Position numbers and translations under genes: made by a program. DNA of 62,917 nt, the filler included, from Perkinsus chesapeaki ATCC PRA-425 (Eukaryota > Protista > Perkinsozoa), in assembly GCA_013115145.1 (NCBI GenBank). It is 11 parts of 11 records of this genome, joined end to end, with 100 filler letters (N's around TTAATTAATTAA, not from the genome) between each part and the next. Parts side by side here need not be neighbours in the genome. Positions count along the whole stretch, not along the records: positions 1 to 25,112 come from JAAPAO010000534.1; 10 more parts are not named here. The stretch is one strand, 5' to 3'. This document shows, piece by piece, positions 13,311-24,430 of the stretch. Positions within the stretch are counted from its first letter, which is position 1. Every line of letters starts with the position of its first letter. Under the pieces are notes generated by a model that worked only from the letters and a program-made list of their open reading frames with translations, had not been told where the DNA came from and ran no database searches.

Positions 13311-14822
13311 ATGGCCACCGTAGCGGGTTCAAAGGTGGGAGCCTTGTCATCGAGGCGTGCACCTTTATTTCAGGCGGCTCGAGATCGTCGACGGCAATCT
13401 CTTCGGGAGAGCCTTGAGCGAGCGAATCAATTGCGAGAGTCGGTCGAGAAGAAATATGGAGTTCGGCGGCGAGGCGACTCGCATGACGTTAAATTGGCGA
13501 TTCGCGGCGAAGGTCTGGTGGGCGGTCGAGTGAGGAGCCGAACTCCACCGGGGAGGGCAGCCAAGTCCCCGAGGTTCCAGAAGGAGACTGAGATACCCGC
13601 AAAGGAGCCAGCTGAGCGGTTTTGGAGTGCTCTGAGGGGGAGCATGATAGAACATCGAGTTCAACATATATTGCCAGAGGAGCATGCGGAGCAGGCTTTT
13701 ATAGACAGAAGCGTCTCGCCGGCGAGGGAAGTGGATGGGAAAAATAAGGTTTCCGAGATAAATAAGATCGCCGAGAGCGTCGAGGTGTCAGAAAATAATA
13801 CCCGCAGCTACGTTAGCAGTGACGTATCCTCGTTAATAAGGCAGCTGAGAGCGGCTGACGATCGTATCGAAGAGCCTCGAGCAGAGCATGATGAGGAAAG
13901 TATGGACGGCGATGATGACATTCTGGAGCGATGGCGAGCCCGGAGGAAAGGCTTAGGGATAATCTTTGAATCGGTTGATACAGTGGCTGATGAGGATGAT
14001 GAGGGGGGCGCGGAATTGGTCCTGGAACGCATTAGGAAGAGGCTTGGTGGAGTTGAGGAACGTACTTGCTCACCGTTGAGGGCATCTCCGAGCCGGTTTG
14101 TTAGGCAGTTATTGAGGAGACATGATCGGATGCAGGATTCACTCATGCTTACATCATCCTCGTCATCGACATTCACCTCGTCACTTCCGACTCGGAGTAG
14201 CTCTGACGCATTATCGGTCATGCCGGAGGTTTCCACCGCAAAACCATCGCCAGTGGTTGAGAGTGTCGTGCCAAGTGTTGTTGATCTTCTGGGAAGTCCC
14301 CCAATGGAGGTGCTACAACCTTGTCGGGCTCATGACAGAGAGTCGGCTGCGACTGGTGCGAGTATCAGCTTCGATCTGACGCCTCGAGAAGATCGCCGCA
14401 ACCGTGGGGTGCGACCAGAATCGATGGACTCGCTGGCATTGAGCGTCGATGAGGAGGAGACAGCGCCGCCTGTGACGGAGCTGATCCAGTTCGAGGATAT
14501 CCCTAATAACACTGAAGTTAGCCGGACACGTGATGAGTCTGTGATGGCAGAGGTGCCGGGAGTTGAAGTTGTGGAAATTGGCGTGCAGGTTACCCCAGAG
14601 ATGATCGATTGTGCAACTCAAGCCGATTTAGAGATTCGACAGCCCACAGGCCGACGACGGTCTTTTTCCGGTCCGATATTCAGGACATCTCCGCGATCAG
14701 CAACCTCTCTTGCGCCGCGCCGACCAGTCGAGCCTCCTCCAGTGCCGAGCTGCGAGGGAGAATACATTCACGCCAGGGAGGAGTTTAGATCATTAGTGGC
14801 TGAGTTCATCGATGACATATAG
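13311..14822 (+). CDS. Hypothetical low-complexity Arg/Ser/Glu/Pro-rich protein (503 aa ORF; may have a further 3' exon)
   Basis: A 1.5-kb uninterrupted, GC-elevated ORF with an ATG start. It contains DDDILERWRARRK. Confidence 0.7.
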   Translation: MATVAGSKVGALSSRRAPLFQAARDRRRQSLRESLERANQLRESVEKKYGVRRRGDSHDVKLAIRGEGLVGGRVRSRTPPGRAAKSPRFQKETEIPAKEPAERFWSALRGSMIEHRVQHILPEEHAEQAFIDRSVSPAREVDGKNKVSEINKIAESVEVSENNTRSYVSSDVSSLIRQLRAADDRIEEPRAEHDEESMDGDDDILERWRARRKGLGIIFESVDTVADEDDEGGAELVLERIRKRLGGVEERTCSPLRASPSRFVRQLLRRHDRMQDSLMLTSSSSSTFTSSLPTRSSSDALSVMPEVSTAKPSPVVESVVPSVVDLLGSPPMEVLQPCRAHDRESAATGASISFDLTPREDRRNRGVRPESMDSLALSVDEEETAPPVTELIQFEDIPNNTEVSRTRDESVMAEVPGVEVVEIGVQVTPEMIDCATQADLEIRQPTGRRRSFSGPIFRTSPRSATSLAPRRPVEPPPVPSCEGEYIHAREEFRSLVAEFIDDI

Positions 14823-15176
14823 TAATTCATTCATTGCCATATTTCTTATAACTCTGAGTCGCTGAGTTTCTACAAATTTTCGAGTAGACTTCTACTGGCT
14901 GCCTTTCACGTAGACCTATCAAAAACACCGACGATCTTCAGCGATATACCGTGCGATAAAAAATGTCGCCGAACTCTCTACAGAGAAGGGAATCAAAATG
15001 AACGCTTATCGGCTTCGTTCATTCACAACATGAGAGTATACACTCACATTATGGGGAGCGGTATGGGTCATGCCGCTGGTATCTATTAAATTTATCGTTC
15101 AATAGAGTTAGTCGTGATCGTCACACAGAAGGTTCTACGGTTATCCTCTGCCCTAGTGAGTTCTATTAGCCCCGAA

Positions 15177-16368
15177 ATGTTCCACTCGACCTCTGAGGTA
15201 TCTTTGCCTGGTGGTGGCTCGTCGATCTTTGATATCACTACTACGAGAGTCGCTGTAATCGATGAACTAATAGAAGACGCCAAACGAATCGTATGGTCTT
15301 ATCTACCGACTCTTGTACCGAATACGATGGAGTATGAGGAAGAGTTGAACTTACCGACGCGTAAAAAATATGTTGAGTCGGATACCTATGAGTCTCTATA
15401 TGGATTATTGGCTAACGGCACCAAGAAGATAGTGTGTGCTGTGAGAGAAGTGCCAGGCCGCCGTAAGCTTGAAACAGAAGGACTGTTTAAACTGGAGCGT
15501 GAGGTTGTTCTTTGCTTTGTATATCGTAATCATCTTTATTTTACTGCCAGGAAAGGCTCTGTGCGAGTATGGAAAGTATCTCTCGATAAAGGCGATGGTC
15601 GGTTGACAAGCATAGTCTGTCTTCCTGAAACTATAAGGCAAATTAAACTGGCTTGTGGCTGCTTGTTCTTACTTGGTGTGAAGAGCAATAATTTGTACAT
15701 GATCGACTCTGTCAGCGATGAACCCAAGAAAGTTGGCGAACTTCCGGCAGATGGTCCCTATCGTTCAAAGCTAGTATTTCAGGGCGCTGTTGTTCACTGA
15801 AGAAGGATCACTGACGGAACTCCTCTACATCGAGCCAGAAGAAGGAGTTGTTCATCACTGGACAAGAGGACAAGGCGTTATCGAGTCACCTTCAATTCAT
15901 GCGCATACGTGCAGATTGCTAATGATTCCAGGTCGCAGTATATGTTATGGTATCTTTGGTCCTGTTGAGGATAGACGCTTTCATGTGTATGATATTGGAG
16001 AGGATCGGGTCCTAACGCCGTGTGATGAGCCATTCTACAATGACGAAATAGTGTCTGTCGGTTTGCGTCACAATTGGACGGTTTATGTACTTTCCCTTTC
16101 TCCTTCAGATCGTTCACCCTCTTCGGGGTGTCATGCACAATTAGCTTCTATTGCACTGAGGCATAATATTATAAGCTCTGATTGTGATTATGAGTTCAAC
16201 TTTTTGTCTCTTGATGAAGATAGAAGCGACGAGCTCTCTGAGAGCTCTCATAATTCTGCAGCGGAGTATTATGCTCGTGGAAGTCGCTGGAGTTCATTTC
16301 CTTCGCGTGACTCCTATCGATGGGCTCCCAGCTATAGCAGTTACCATCCGCAGTTTGCCCTTTATTAG
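15177..16368 (+). CDS. Hypothetical protein with an N-terminal F-box-like motif and beta-rich repeats; a frame change near 15775-15797
   Basis: Two overlapping ORFs (15114-15800 and 15790-16368) are offset by +1. IDELIEDAKRIVWSYLP resembles a degenerate F-box start. The frames can be joined by a 1-nt indel or by a weak 43-bp intron at 15732-15774. Confidence 0.5.
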
Positions 16369-17331
16369 AGTACAGTATCCGTTTCCGGAGGTGACGTTTT
16401 CGACGTGATTTGTTGCTAGAAGAACTGATCTTTTTTGGCTTATATGACATAGATGATCGAACGAGCTCACAGCTTTGAGTGCGACTATTTCATCGATAGA
16501 TATTAAAAACTAATAATATTGCTCGGAATAGTTTTTATTTCCAAACCTCAGGTATAGCATGCGTTTCAGTCTGAAACTTTCAGGCATCGATGTTGTGTTT
16601 GTGATAAAAGTTTATCGATGTGCGGTTAGTTCTCTCATCAGTAATCAAGTTAAAACTACAATAATTACACGACGGACTACCACAGTAACATCACCACGAT
16701 CGAGTCCGATAGTATGAATTGGATTTTATATGTCGACCCAAGTTTACAAAAGAGGAATACGAACAAGTCGAATAATAATAATCGCTTGGATTTCTACCTC
16801 AAGTTTATCTATTGGTTACAATCTCAGTGGCAGATTGCTACTGAGATTGTTAAATGCTCATGCTTTACGAATCTTCCCGGTAGAAGCAGTGCGCCCCGCG
16901 CAACTCGCGCTCCCCAGTGTATTGGTCTGGTCACCAGAGTATAATACGTAACGTATTTAACATTGTTTCATAACTTAGATTGTTAGACGGTGAGACGGGT
17001 TAGATGACGACTAGATTGTTAGACGGTTTGCCGCACCTAGATGACATCTAGCAGGTGTGATCAGAGATTATGTGCTCTGGTACTAATCCCCGCTAATCCT
17101 GCCACGCCGAACAGCACGTATAGCTCGTCCTTCTCTCCGATCTGAAACCACAAAGCGTCGAAGCTTATATCTTGAAATGCTTGCCATGCCAATCAAACTG
17201 ACTTACTACGTTATAGCACCATAATAGATACAAAGCGTGCCGAAGAGATTCTGTTTACTGCATCTGAATTCTATCTATTATGATCTCAGCTGTTCCATAG
17301 ACAATGTTGCATTACAACAGCATGGTAAGCT

Positions 17332-17396
17332 GGCCATGTAGCTCAACGGTAGCGCATCTGACTCCAGATCAGAAGTGAGTCCGCTTGAATCGGGCC
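17332..17396 (+). pseudogene. tRNA-Trp(CCA) pseudogene: intact 5' half, degenerate 3' end
   Basis: GGCCATGTAGCTCAACGGTAGCGCA TCTGA CTCCAGA TCAGA gives an A box plus a perfect anticodon stem-loop with CCA. The T-loop reads CTTGAAT, and the 3' acceptor strand is absent, replaced by the start of the 530-bp repeat. Confidence 0.7.
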
Positions 17397-17935
17397 TTGT
17401 TTTAATCAGTATTGACATTATTGAGATTTCATCCTATGCTCGGAGACAACTCCGCCTGGCAGTGACAGTTTAAAAAACTTCGAACACCAAAACAGTGAAC
17501 GAGTAACTCGTTACGAGTTCGGAGAAAATAACGGGAAAATCAGGTCGAGACATTCGGGGTTCGTCAGTTACTATTGCGAGAATATCATGGCGCGCGGGAA
17601 GCATTTACTAAAGCGATCGCTGGTTGCTCGACAGTTGAGGAAAATGGGAGGAAAGCTAGGTGAGGCGTTACCTTGTTTAACCTGGGAAAGATTAGCAGAG
17701 TCTGGTAAAATATGGATTGGATACTGGAAGTCGATATTAATTAATATGAAATATAATAATATCTATTTAGATCATTTAATACTTATTATTATTTTATCAT
17801 GGTGCAACTTATTTCCAGGATTTAAGTCGGATTAATAAATTTTAAGTATATTATTAACTGATAATATTGCTTTATATATTCCGGAAATAATATGGGCCTT
17901 ACCTATCAGTAGCGCTCGGAGAGCTGCAAGTGTCT
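17393..17935. repeat. Dispersed repeat of about 530 bp, copy 2 (possible LTR or non-autonomous element)
   Basis: Near-identical to 5908-6436 apart from a small insertion (TAACTCGTTACGAG region near 17504). It directly abuts the integrase remnant. Confidence 0.9.
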
Positions 17936-17936
17936 G

Positions 17937-18760
17937 TTGGTCGATGCGAGAACGTACGCTGCTCAATGTTTCTGTCAAGAGAATAAGGTGGTAGATTTAT
18001 CAAGTCGCAACTTCGGCGACAATAGCTATGATATGGCGCGTTTTTCGGTTATATCTATGGATCATAAGTCGATTCCTGATACGTTCCGTCCCTACACTAA
18101 CTATACCACTGTACTTGCTATAAGTGATTTGGCGTCGGGATATTGTATATATGAGCCACAACGGGGCTATTCAGCTGCTGAAACCTATAGTGTTTTCTTT
18201 AGACGATGGTTGTCTCGACTTTCTACTCCTTCGACAATTATAACCGATATGTCTCCGTCGTTCATTAATGAAGTGTTTCTATATTGTAACAATTTACTTG
18301 GCATTAAGAGCCATCGTAAGGTGGCTACCCGAAATCCTCGGGGTAATGCTCATGTAGAGCGTCGTAATTCCTTTCTGAGTCATGTTTTCCGTTTGCCAAA
18401 CGGCGTTTGGCTATTGAAAGAGGCTCTGTAAGGTCTGATGAAGATTTTGTTAATCTCCTTGGATTTGCCGAGATTTTGGCTAATCAACTGGTGCGACAAG
18501 GCAGTGGTAGTGGTTCGACATGTGCCTTTGAACGAGTGTTTGGTGAGTCTCCACGGATTCCTGCAGTTCTTGCTGATTCTCCTATACCATCAGATTGTAA
18601 TTCTCAGGAATTCAATCGTAGATCGGAGATTTTTGATCATGATGGGTGGGCTCTTTATGATCGCATTCGTTCTACTGCTTCTGCGATAGGTGAAGAGTAT
18701 AAACTATGGAGAGAGTCTCAAACTCTTGACCAACAACGGCGACATAGAGCTCGTCTTTAG
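17937..18760 (+). mobile_element. Ty3/Gypsy-type integrase core remnant (frameshifted)
   Basis: SVISMDH...VLAISDLASGY...WLSRLSTPSTIITDMSPSF...NPRGNAHVERRNSFL is the rve D-D-E core. It continues in another frame with TCAFERVFGESPRIP (SPFELxFGRxPRxP-like). Confidence 0.75.
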
Positions 18761-18808
18761 GCCGGAGTTTGTATTACCCGATGGCCTATCGTTCTACGTG
18801 TTCCTCAG

Positions 18809-18891
18809 ATCTATCCTATCGCCTTGGTATCAACAAGTTCACCCATCTAACCAATGATGAGCTTAGAAGCATGATGTCTCTTAGAGGCCTT
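18809..18891 (+). pseudogene. Orphan exon encoding part of a papain-family (cathepsin L-like) I29 propeptide
   Basis: TTCCTCAG|...|GTAAG boundaries. The translation (D)LSYRLGINKFTHLTNDELRSMMSLRGL matches the propeptide consensus SYxLGxNxFxDLTxEEF. Confidence 0.6.
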
Positions 18892-19090
18892 GTAAGCCAT
18901 CGGGCTTCAGGACTCCGAGCAAGTACTCTAAACTGTTCACTTCTAACTTGTAGTAAAAAGCGCGCAGAATTTTGGGCGAGCGAAATTTATTGTAAAAAAA
19001 GTTTGAAACGGCGTGACATATATATTCTGAATCCCCGTAATTTTCTCTATCAGGTAGTATAGTTAGTTTTTTGTAAGAATTTTTCTCACT

Positions 19091-20921
19091 TCAGCCCCAC
19101 CAAAACATACCCGTGCCCAATGGGCAGGGGTATGCCCATCTCTGGGAGTCTCTCCATGGGTACTGCCCATGGAGAGACTCGATACTCTCTTCGGTGACGG
19201 ACCAGGCAGATATGCCTGCGATGTCTAACTGCCGAAGGCTATCCAGTAGATGATGCAGAGTTACATGCAGGCTTAGTGTCAGCGGCAGACAATCCTTCGA
19301 AACGACCTCCGACAACCTGTTCAGGTGAACTTCTACTTTATCAATCCACTTCGTGTCATCGTCTTCGTCTTCAGAGCTGTGATCAGCGTAAACCAGATGA
19401 CGTATATCTCCCCAAAGCCTAATGATTGTCGCAGTAGTTGCTCCCAAGCCAGCCGCTTCCCATCGATCCTCTGCATCAGGCTGCAGAAGTGCCTTCACAA
19501 GGTTCATACCTAAGTGTAGAACTGGGCAGGCAATAGCCAGGAATGGAGATCCTTCGAATTCATACAGGGGCTGGAACCTCTGGCCTTTAACGTGACCCTT
19601 CGCTTTCCCGTTATTGGCCAGTGCTAGCTTTCTTGACATAGCAGGACAGCTCGTAGTGGTAAGTCCAAGCATGACCTGTAGCCATTTGATGTCACCACTC
19701 AAGATGGTTCGATAGTGCTCGAAAACATCTCGCAGTTCATCGCATATTTTAGTCTCCTACGTATAAGAGATATGGCGTTGTGCTACCGGGCTTCCGATAA
19801 TGCGAAACATGTACATTTATGGGAGCTGCCAACAACTTGAATAAGACCACCACCACTATCACCAGAGAGACGAAGCACGCAGTCCTCTCCAAACCTGTCT
19901 CTCAAAGCACTAACAGGACACTTGATCATAGCCACAATTCTTCCTCCGATCTCCGTAGTCCTCCACTCGCTCTTCATTCTTGAACGATCCTCTTGTAAGT
20001 TGGCCCTCGATGGTAATGTTATTAAACAACAGAGTTCCTTCTGTAGCAGGCCTCGTATCCGTTCAAGAGCCTTGTTCGAAACGGTGGCAGTTGTCTGAAT
20101 GCGATTGAGGAAATCGATACCAATCGAGAGTTTCGGCTTAGCCTCCCGGGAGAAAACTTGCTGATAAGTCACTGGCTTTCCTTTGACCTTCGGCAGAATT
20201 AACTCCGTTCCTTTCGGATTGCCCAATTGCTTACGGAACGCGGAGGCACACCCAGTGCTTACTTGGCCAGCCAGGTTCTCCTTCTGAGAGGCGTCTACCA
20301 GAAGAGCATGTTTGGCTGAAACCGAGAGTTGCGAGAAACTTAGCACTCCGTCAGTCGAAGTGGGGCCACAAGAACCGAGAGCCTCTTTGTCAACAAGCAT
20401 TAGGACAGGCATAGTACTACTGCTACTACTGCTACCAGAACTGCCACCCGGTTGACATTCGTTGCTTCTCACAGCGGCAGACTCTTTCTTTGGTCTACCG
20501 GACCGTCCTTTGCGGCGGTTGGCATTGCAGTTTTTAGCAGTCATATTATCACAAAAGTAGCAGTCCGTCCCTTTTGCACCATCGCAGAAGGGCAGGGTAC
20601 GCCAATTCAGTGGGGGCGTATTCTTCATACCCAGCTTTGCTTTGCGTTCCCGAGACTGGCGAGTCTGTACACCTTCTCCGGCGGCCGGAGTCCGGCCCAC
20701 TTCTGTATATACTTCTTGGGATCTGTTCCGAGGGAAATATCACATGCTGAGCATATCTGGCATGGAGCGTTCTTCAGAGCTAGCATACCGGCTGTCTCAT
20801 CGCCCCATACCGTCTCGATCTAAGCACGAACCGATGGTCTACTGATGGGGACCCCCCTATTATTGCGCTGGAATCCACATGAGAAGCAGAATCTGTCTTT
20901 GCACGGGATGGCTGGCGTCAT
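19091..20921 (-). mobile_element. Decayed Chapaev/Transib (RAG1-related) DDE transposase
   Basis: N-terminal Cys clusters RFCFSCG, APCQICSAC and W...C...CYFC...GRPKK. D1 in LRLSGDSGGG (19858-19860), D2 in ILSGDIKWLQVMLGL (19691-19693), PVLHLGMNLVKAL, HVTLHH...GISAWSVTEESIESLH. It carries at least two in-frame stops and two frameshifts. Confidence 0.7.
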
Positions 20922-22079
20922 AGTGGTTATATCGATACCAACGATACAACTAACAACAGGGATGGTCTTTGAAACACTTCTCAATAGAAATGCTGGTATG
21001 CAATGTCATTGAGACACCCTATATTTGCCATCTTTCGTGCTGCGCATCGCGAACCTGCTAGCTATTAAGTAGACGGTATCCGTTCCCGAACGTAACTCCT
21101 CAACCCCTTCGAATATCAATGCGAGACATAGCTCATTTTGTTCCCCTCACGAGTTTTTTAAAATCAATTAATGTCAGACTCACCCCCCTGTGCGCTACTT
21201 CGCGTCTACTTCGAGACAGTTGTTTAAGCGGACTGTTGTGTCCACCCTGTCCTAGACCAATTCCACCGGCATACTCCCCCTGTTTTACGCACGTCGAATC
21301 TTACGACTCTGCGTTGAATCCTTCAACTCCGTAGTAGAATAATGCCTGTCGGACTGACAGTGACAAGTTGTCGCCATAATCACCGCTCCCCTTGTGTGAC
21401 CAAATAACGAGTTGCCACGCGTTTGAAAATGCCGAGAATAAATAAATTATATTGACCGAGAGAGTAGCCTCAATTTGCGTTCGACCTTTGTTAACACCGT
21501 GACTTCCTTAGCAAGTTTCTCAGCTATCCGCGAAGAATTCCGTAAATGCTTTCAAACGCGAGAGCTGACCGGCGAGCAGAATCGATCTGCCCCTACACAC
21601 GGACCATAGCTTCGCGAAATTGATTTCCTTATCCGCCCCTATCGCTGAATTGATGTTCCTATTCAAATGTTTTCCTGATTCGCTGGGTTGGTGGCCTCAA
21701 TTGCGGAGCAGAATCATGGTCGGCCTGGTCCTGCTCAGAGCTTTGGGGTGTTTGACTCAAACAGTTTGAGTCTGCCAAGGTTCATGGAGCTCGTGGCCCG
21801 GACGGTGGTCATGTGAATCACATGAAGTACGGACAGAGACTCAAAGTGTGTCCACCTCCAAGTCGTTTTCAGGAACGGGCGCCTAACATGATTTTATGCG
21901 CGGCTGCAAGAATTCTTTCAGGATGACCGTGTTTACCGGGAGTGGAGGGATGGGGCCCATCCGATGGGCCAAGAAAAATCTCGCGTAAAACGTGAGAAAG
22001 TTGCAATTATCTCACCGAATCGTCGATAGAATCGAGATTCCGACTGTACAACCATTTTCTAGATACGTTTGCGGAAGGG

Positions 22080-24180
22080 ATGCAGGCGGAACAATCTGGT
22101 TTCCGCCGGGGAATGAGTGTTGAGCAACAGGCTTGTGCCTTTACGCAGTATTTGGAAGATGAAGTACAACGGGATAGAGTGGTACTAACGGTTTTCCTGA
22201 CTGCAACATCTGCATATGATTACGTGAGGCATGACGTTCTCGTAGCACGTCTGGGAGCCCTTTTCATGCCTCCAAAACTGTGGTCATGGATTAGGAATTT
22301 CATCAGAAATCGCCTTATGCATACTGTATGGGGCATGTCTAAGTCTAGAACGAGAATAATCCGACGTGGAGTTTCTCAAGGTTGCTCAATTAGTCCTATG
22401 TTATGCTTGGCATATATGGCACCGCTCATATCATATTTATGGGAAGGTATTGTGGATGATGTTATTTTTCGTACCTTTTGCCTCGCGGATGACGTGTGCA
22501 TAACGATGTCGGTGAGTTCTAAAGATTTACCTTTGAAGATCCACTTACTACAAAAACAACTCGATAAAGCATCTGAGTTCTTCCGCTCATCTGTTATTAA
22601 ACTAAATCCCTCTAAATCGGCCCTTGCGGTCTTTTCCACAAGGGCCAATATTCGTAAGAAGACCTTCAAACTATCTATCTCTGGTAGCGAGATCCCCAGG
22701 GAAGAGATTCTCTTCAAGAGAATCAAAGAATGTTGGGTATCAATGTTGATCAAGGGCTTACGTACTCTAAGCATTGCGAAATATGGAGACAGCGAGTATT
22801 TGCTCGCATTCGCATACTAAGTCAGATATGTACTAGATCTTGGGGTTCGAGCTTCAGAAGCGCACGACAATTGGCAGAACAATTCATCCTATCGAGTGCA
22901 CTTAATGGTAGTGCTGGGTTTTATGGAGGTATTACAGCTAAGAAGAACTCTAGAGAATTGGATACAGCATATAATTCTATAATGAGACTTGTATCACGAT
23001 GTTTACGTGTGACTGATTTTGAAAAACTGCCGCCTATAGTCGGATGGGACAGCTTAGAAGATTGGGTACAGCGTCGTGCAGCACATCTTGCTCATATGGT
23101 GTTAAGACAGAAGCAGATCACTCCAGCTCGGTCTTTATTTTCACAAGATGTTGTGAATAAGAGGAAGAGGAAGAAGTTACGCGGTTGGAGAGATTTGTCG
23201 ATTCGGTTTCTGCCACCATCACTTTATCCCTATATCGATCAAGTACCACGAAGACTAGAGCCATGGTTATTCCCTCGAGTGGTTTTCCGCGCCTCTTCGT
23301 GTAAGAAGAATGATACGTATATTGAAAAACGTATGGCGGCTCTTGAAACTCTGGCCTCAGTTTGCCAAGACTCTAAAGATGGATACAGGATGGTCTGGGA
23401 AATTTGGTCTGATGGTTCTGTTGAGTCTACCACTGGGCATGGAGGATCAGGTGGTGCTATTTGGTCTAGTGATAGGATTGAACCTTTCTGGTCATTATCT
23501 GCTCCTGCTGGAAGCATTGTGCCATCATACAATGCTGAGATAAGCGCACTGGTATGTTGTATGGATGCTTTTCTGGAGATTGTGATTCCTAAATACATTA
23601 GCGCGAAGGATGCAGTTTATATTGTATGTGATTCATTGTCGGTCTTCTGTTTTTGCAATCTGATCCTTATAATTTGCATCCTGATATGATCAAGTTATGG
23701 CGGCTCTTGTATGATATCTCTCTAAATATAAGTAGGTGTGAATTTGTTTGGATAAGTTCCCACTTTGGGGTGGAGCGTAGTGATTTTGTTGATCGCTTGG
23801 CATGTTCGGGGGCTAGCTTGGATCAATCTAATTGCAAGCTGCAGGTATCAGCTGTGAAAATGTTCATCAATAGAGACAGAGTTTCAAAGCCGGCTTTGGA
23901 TGTATCGCAATCTTCCTTGGAAGATCAGCATGGCTTTAAGGTTATTATGAGATACATATCTTCTCATTTGAATCAGATTTGGTCTGGTAAATGGTGCCTA
24001 TGTAATGATTATTTAATCAAGATTGGTAAGGCTCCTAGGCTAGGAGTCCTAGCCCTCTATGCTGTAGTTGTTTTGATCTTGGTATCGAAGTAGTTGATGA
24101 TATCTACCATAAGCTTTTCATTTGCCCAAAATTTGAGAAGGTCAGATTAGTTTGTTTTGGCTCATCTCCCTTTGAGGCAG
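22080..24180 (+). mobile_element. 5'-truncated, decayed non-LTR retrotransposon (RT + RNase H + C-terminal Cys/His knuckle)
   Basis: RT motifs QSGFRRGMS, GVSQGCSISPML and LADDVCI. RNase H motifs IWSDGS, SYNAEISAL, VCDSLS and WISSHFGVERSDFVDRLA. Then CSCFDLG...HKLFICP. Several frameshifts. Confidence 0.9.
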
Positions 24181-24340
24181 AAATATGCGACTACGTAGGT
24201 AGAAATACCATTAGAGTTGCGCGGTTTATTGCTTTGGCGAGAGATAGGTAGTTTGTTTTATTATCTACCTCTCCATCATCTCATTCCGTTGACTGGTCAA
24301 GGAGCGTAAAACAAGATTCCGACAATCCCAATGTTCATTA

Positions 24341-24430
24341 AACCAATTCCGAGATTCAGAATCGATTCCAGCATCGCATTTTACGTGTAAAAAGCAGTTC
24401 TGGAATCGATTCTGAATTTCAAAATCGGTT
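24341..24430. repeat. Short inverted repeat (21-bp arms), MITE-like
   Basis: GAGATTCAGAATCGATTCCAG (24351-24371) and CTGGAATCGATTCTGAATTTC (24400-24420) are reverse complements with 1 mismatch. Confidence 0.8.

Noticed and set aside
19670-19690. GTAGCCAT and scattered GGCTCAAG matches to the Perkinsus/dinoflagellate spliced leader
   Set aside because: These are only 8-mers, lie inside coding or TE sequence, and show no full leader, GT donor or Sm site.
21660-21770. PDSLGW and nearby sequence resembling the cathepsin PxSxDW / QGxCGSCWAF region
   Set aside because: The frame reads PDSLGWWPQLRS... with no catalytic Cys motif. The similarity is too weak.
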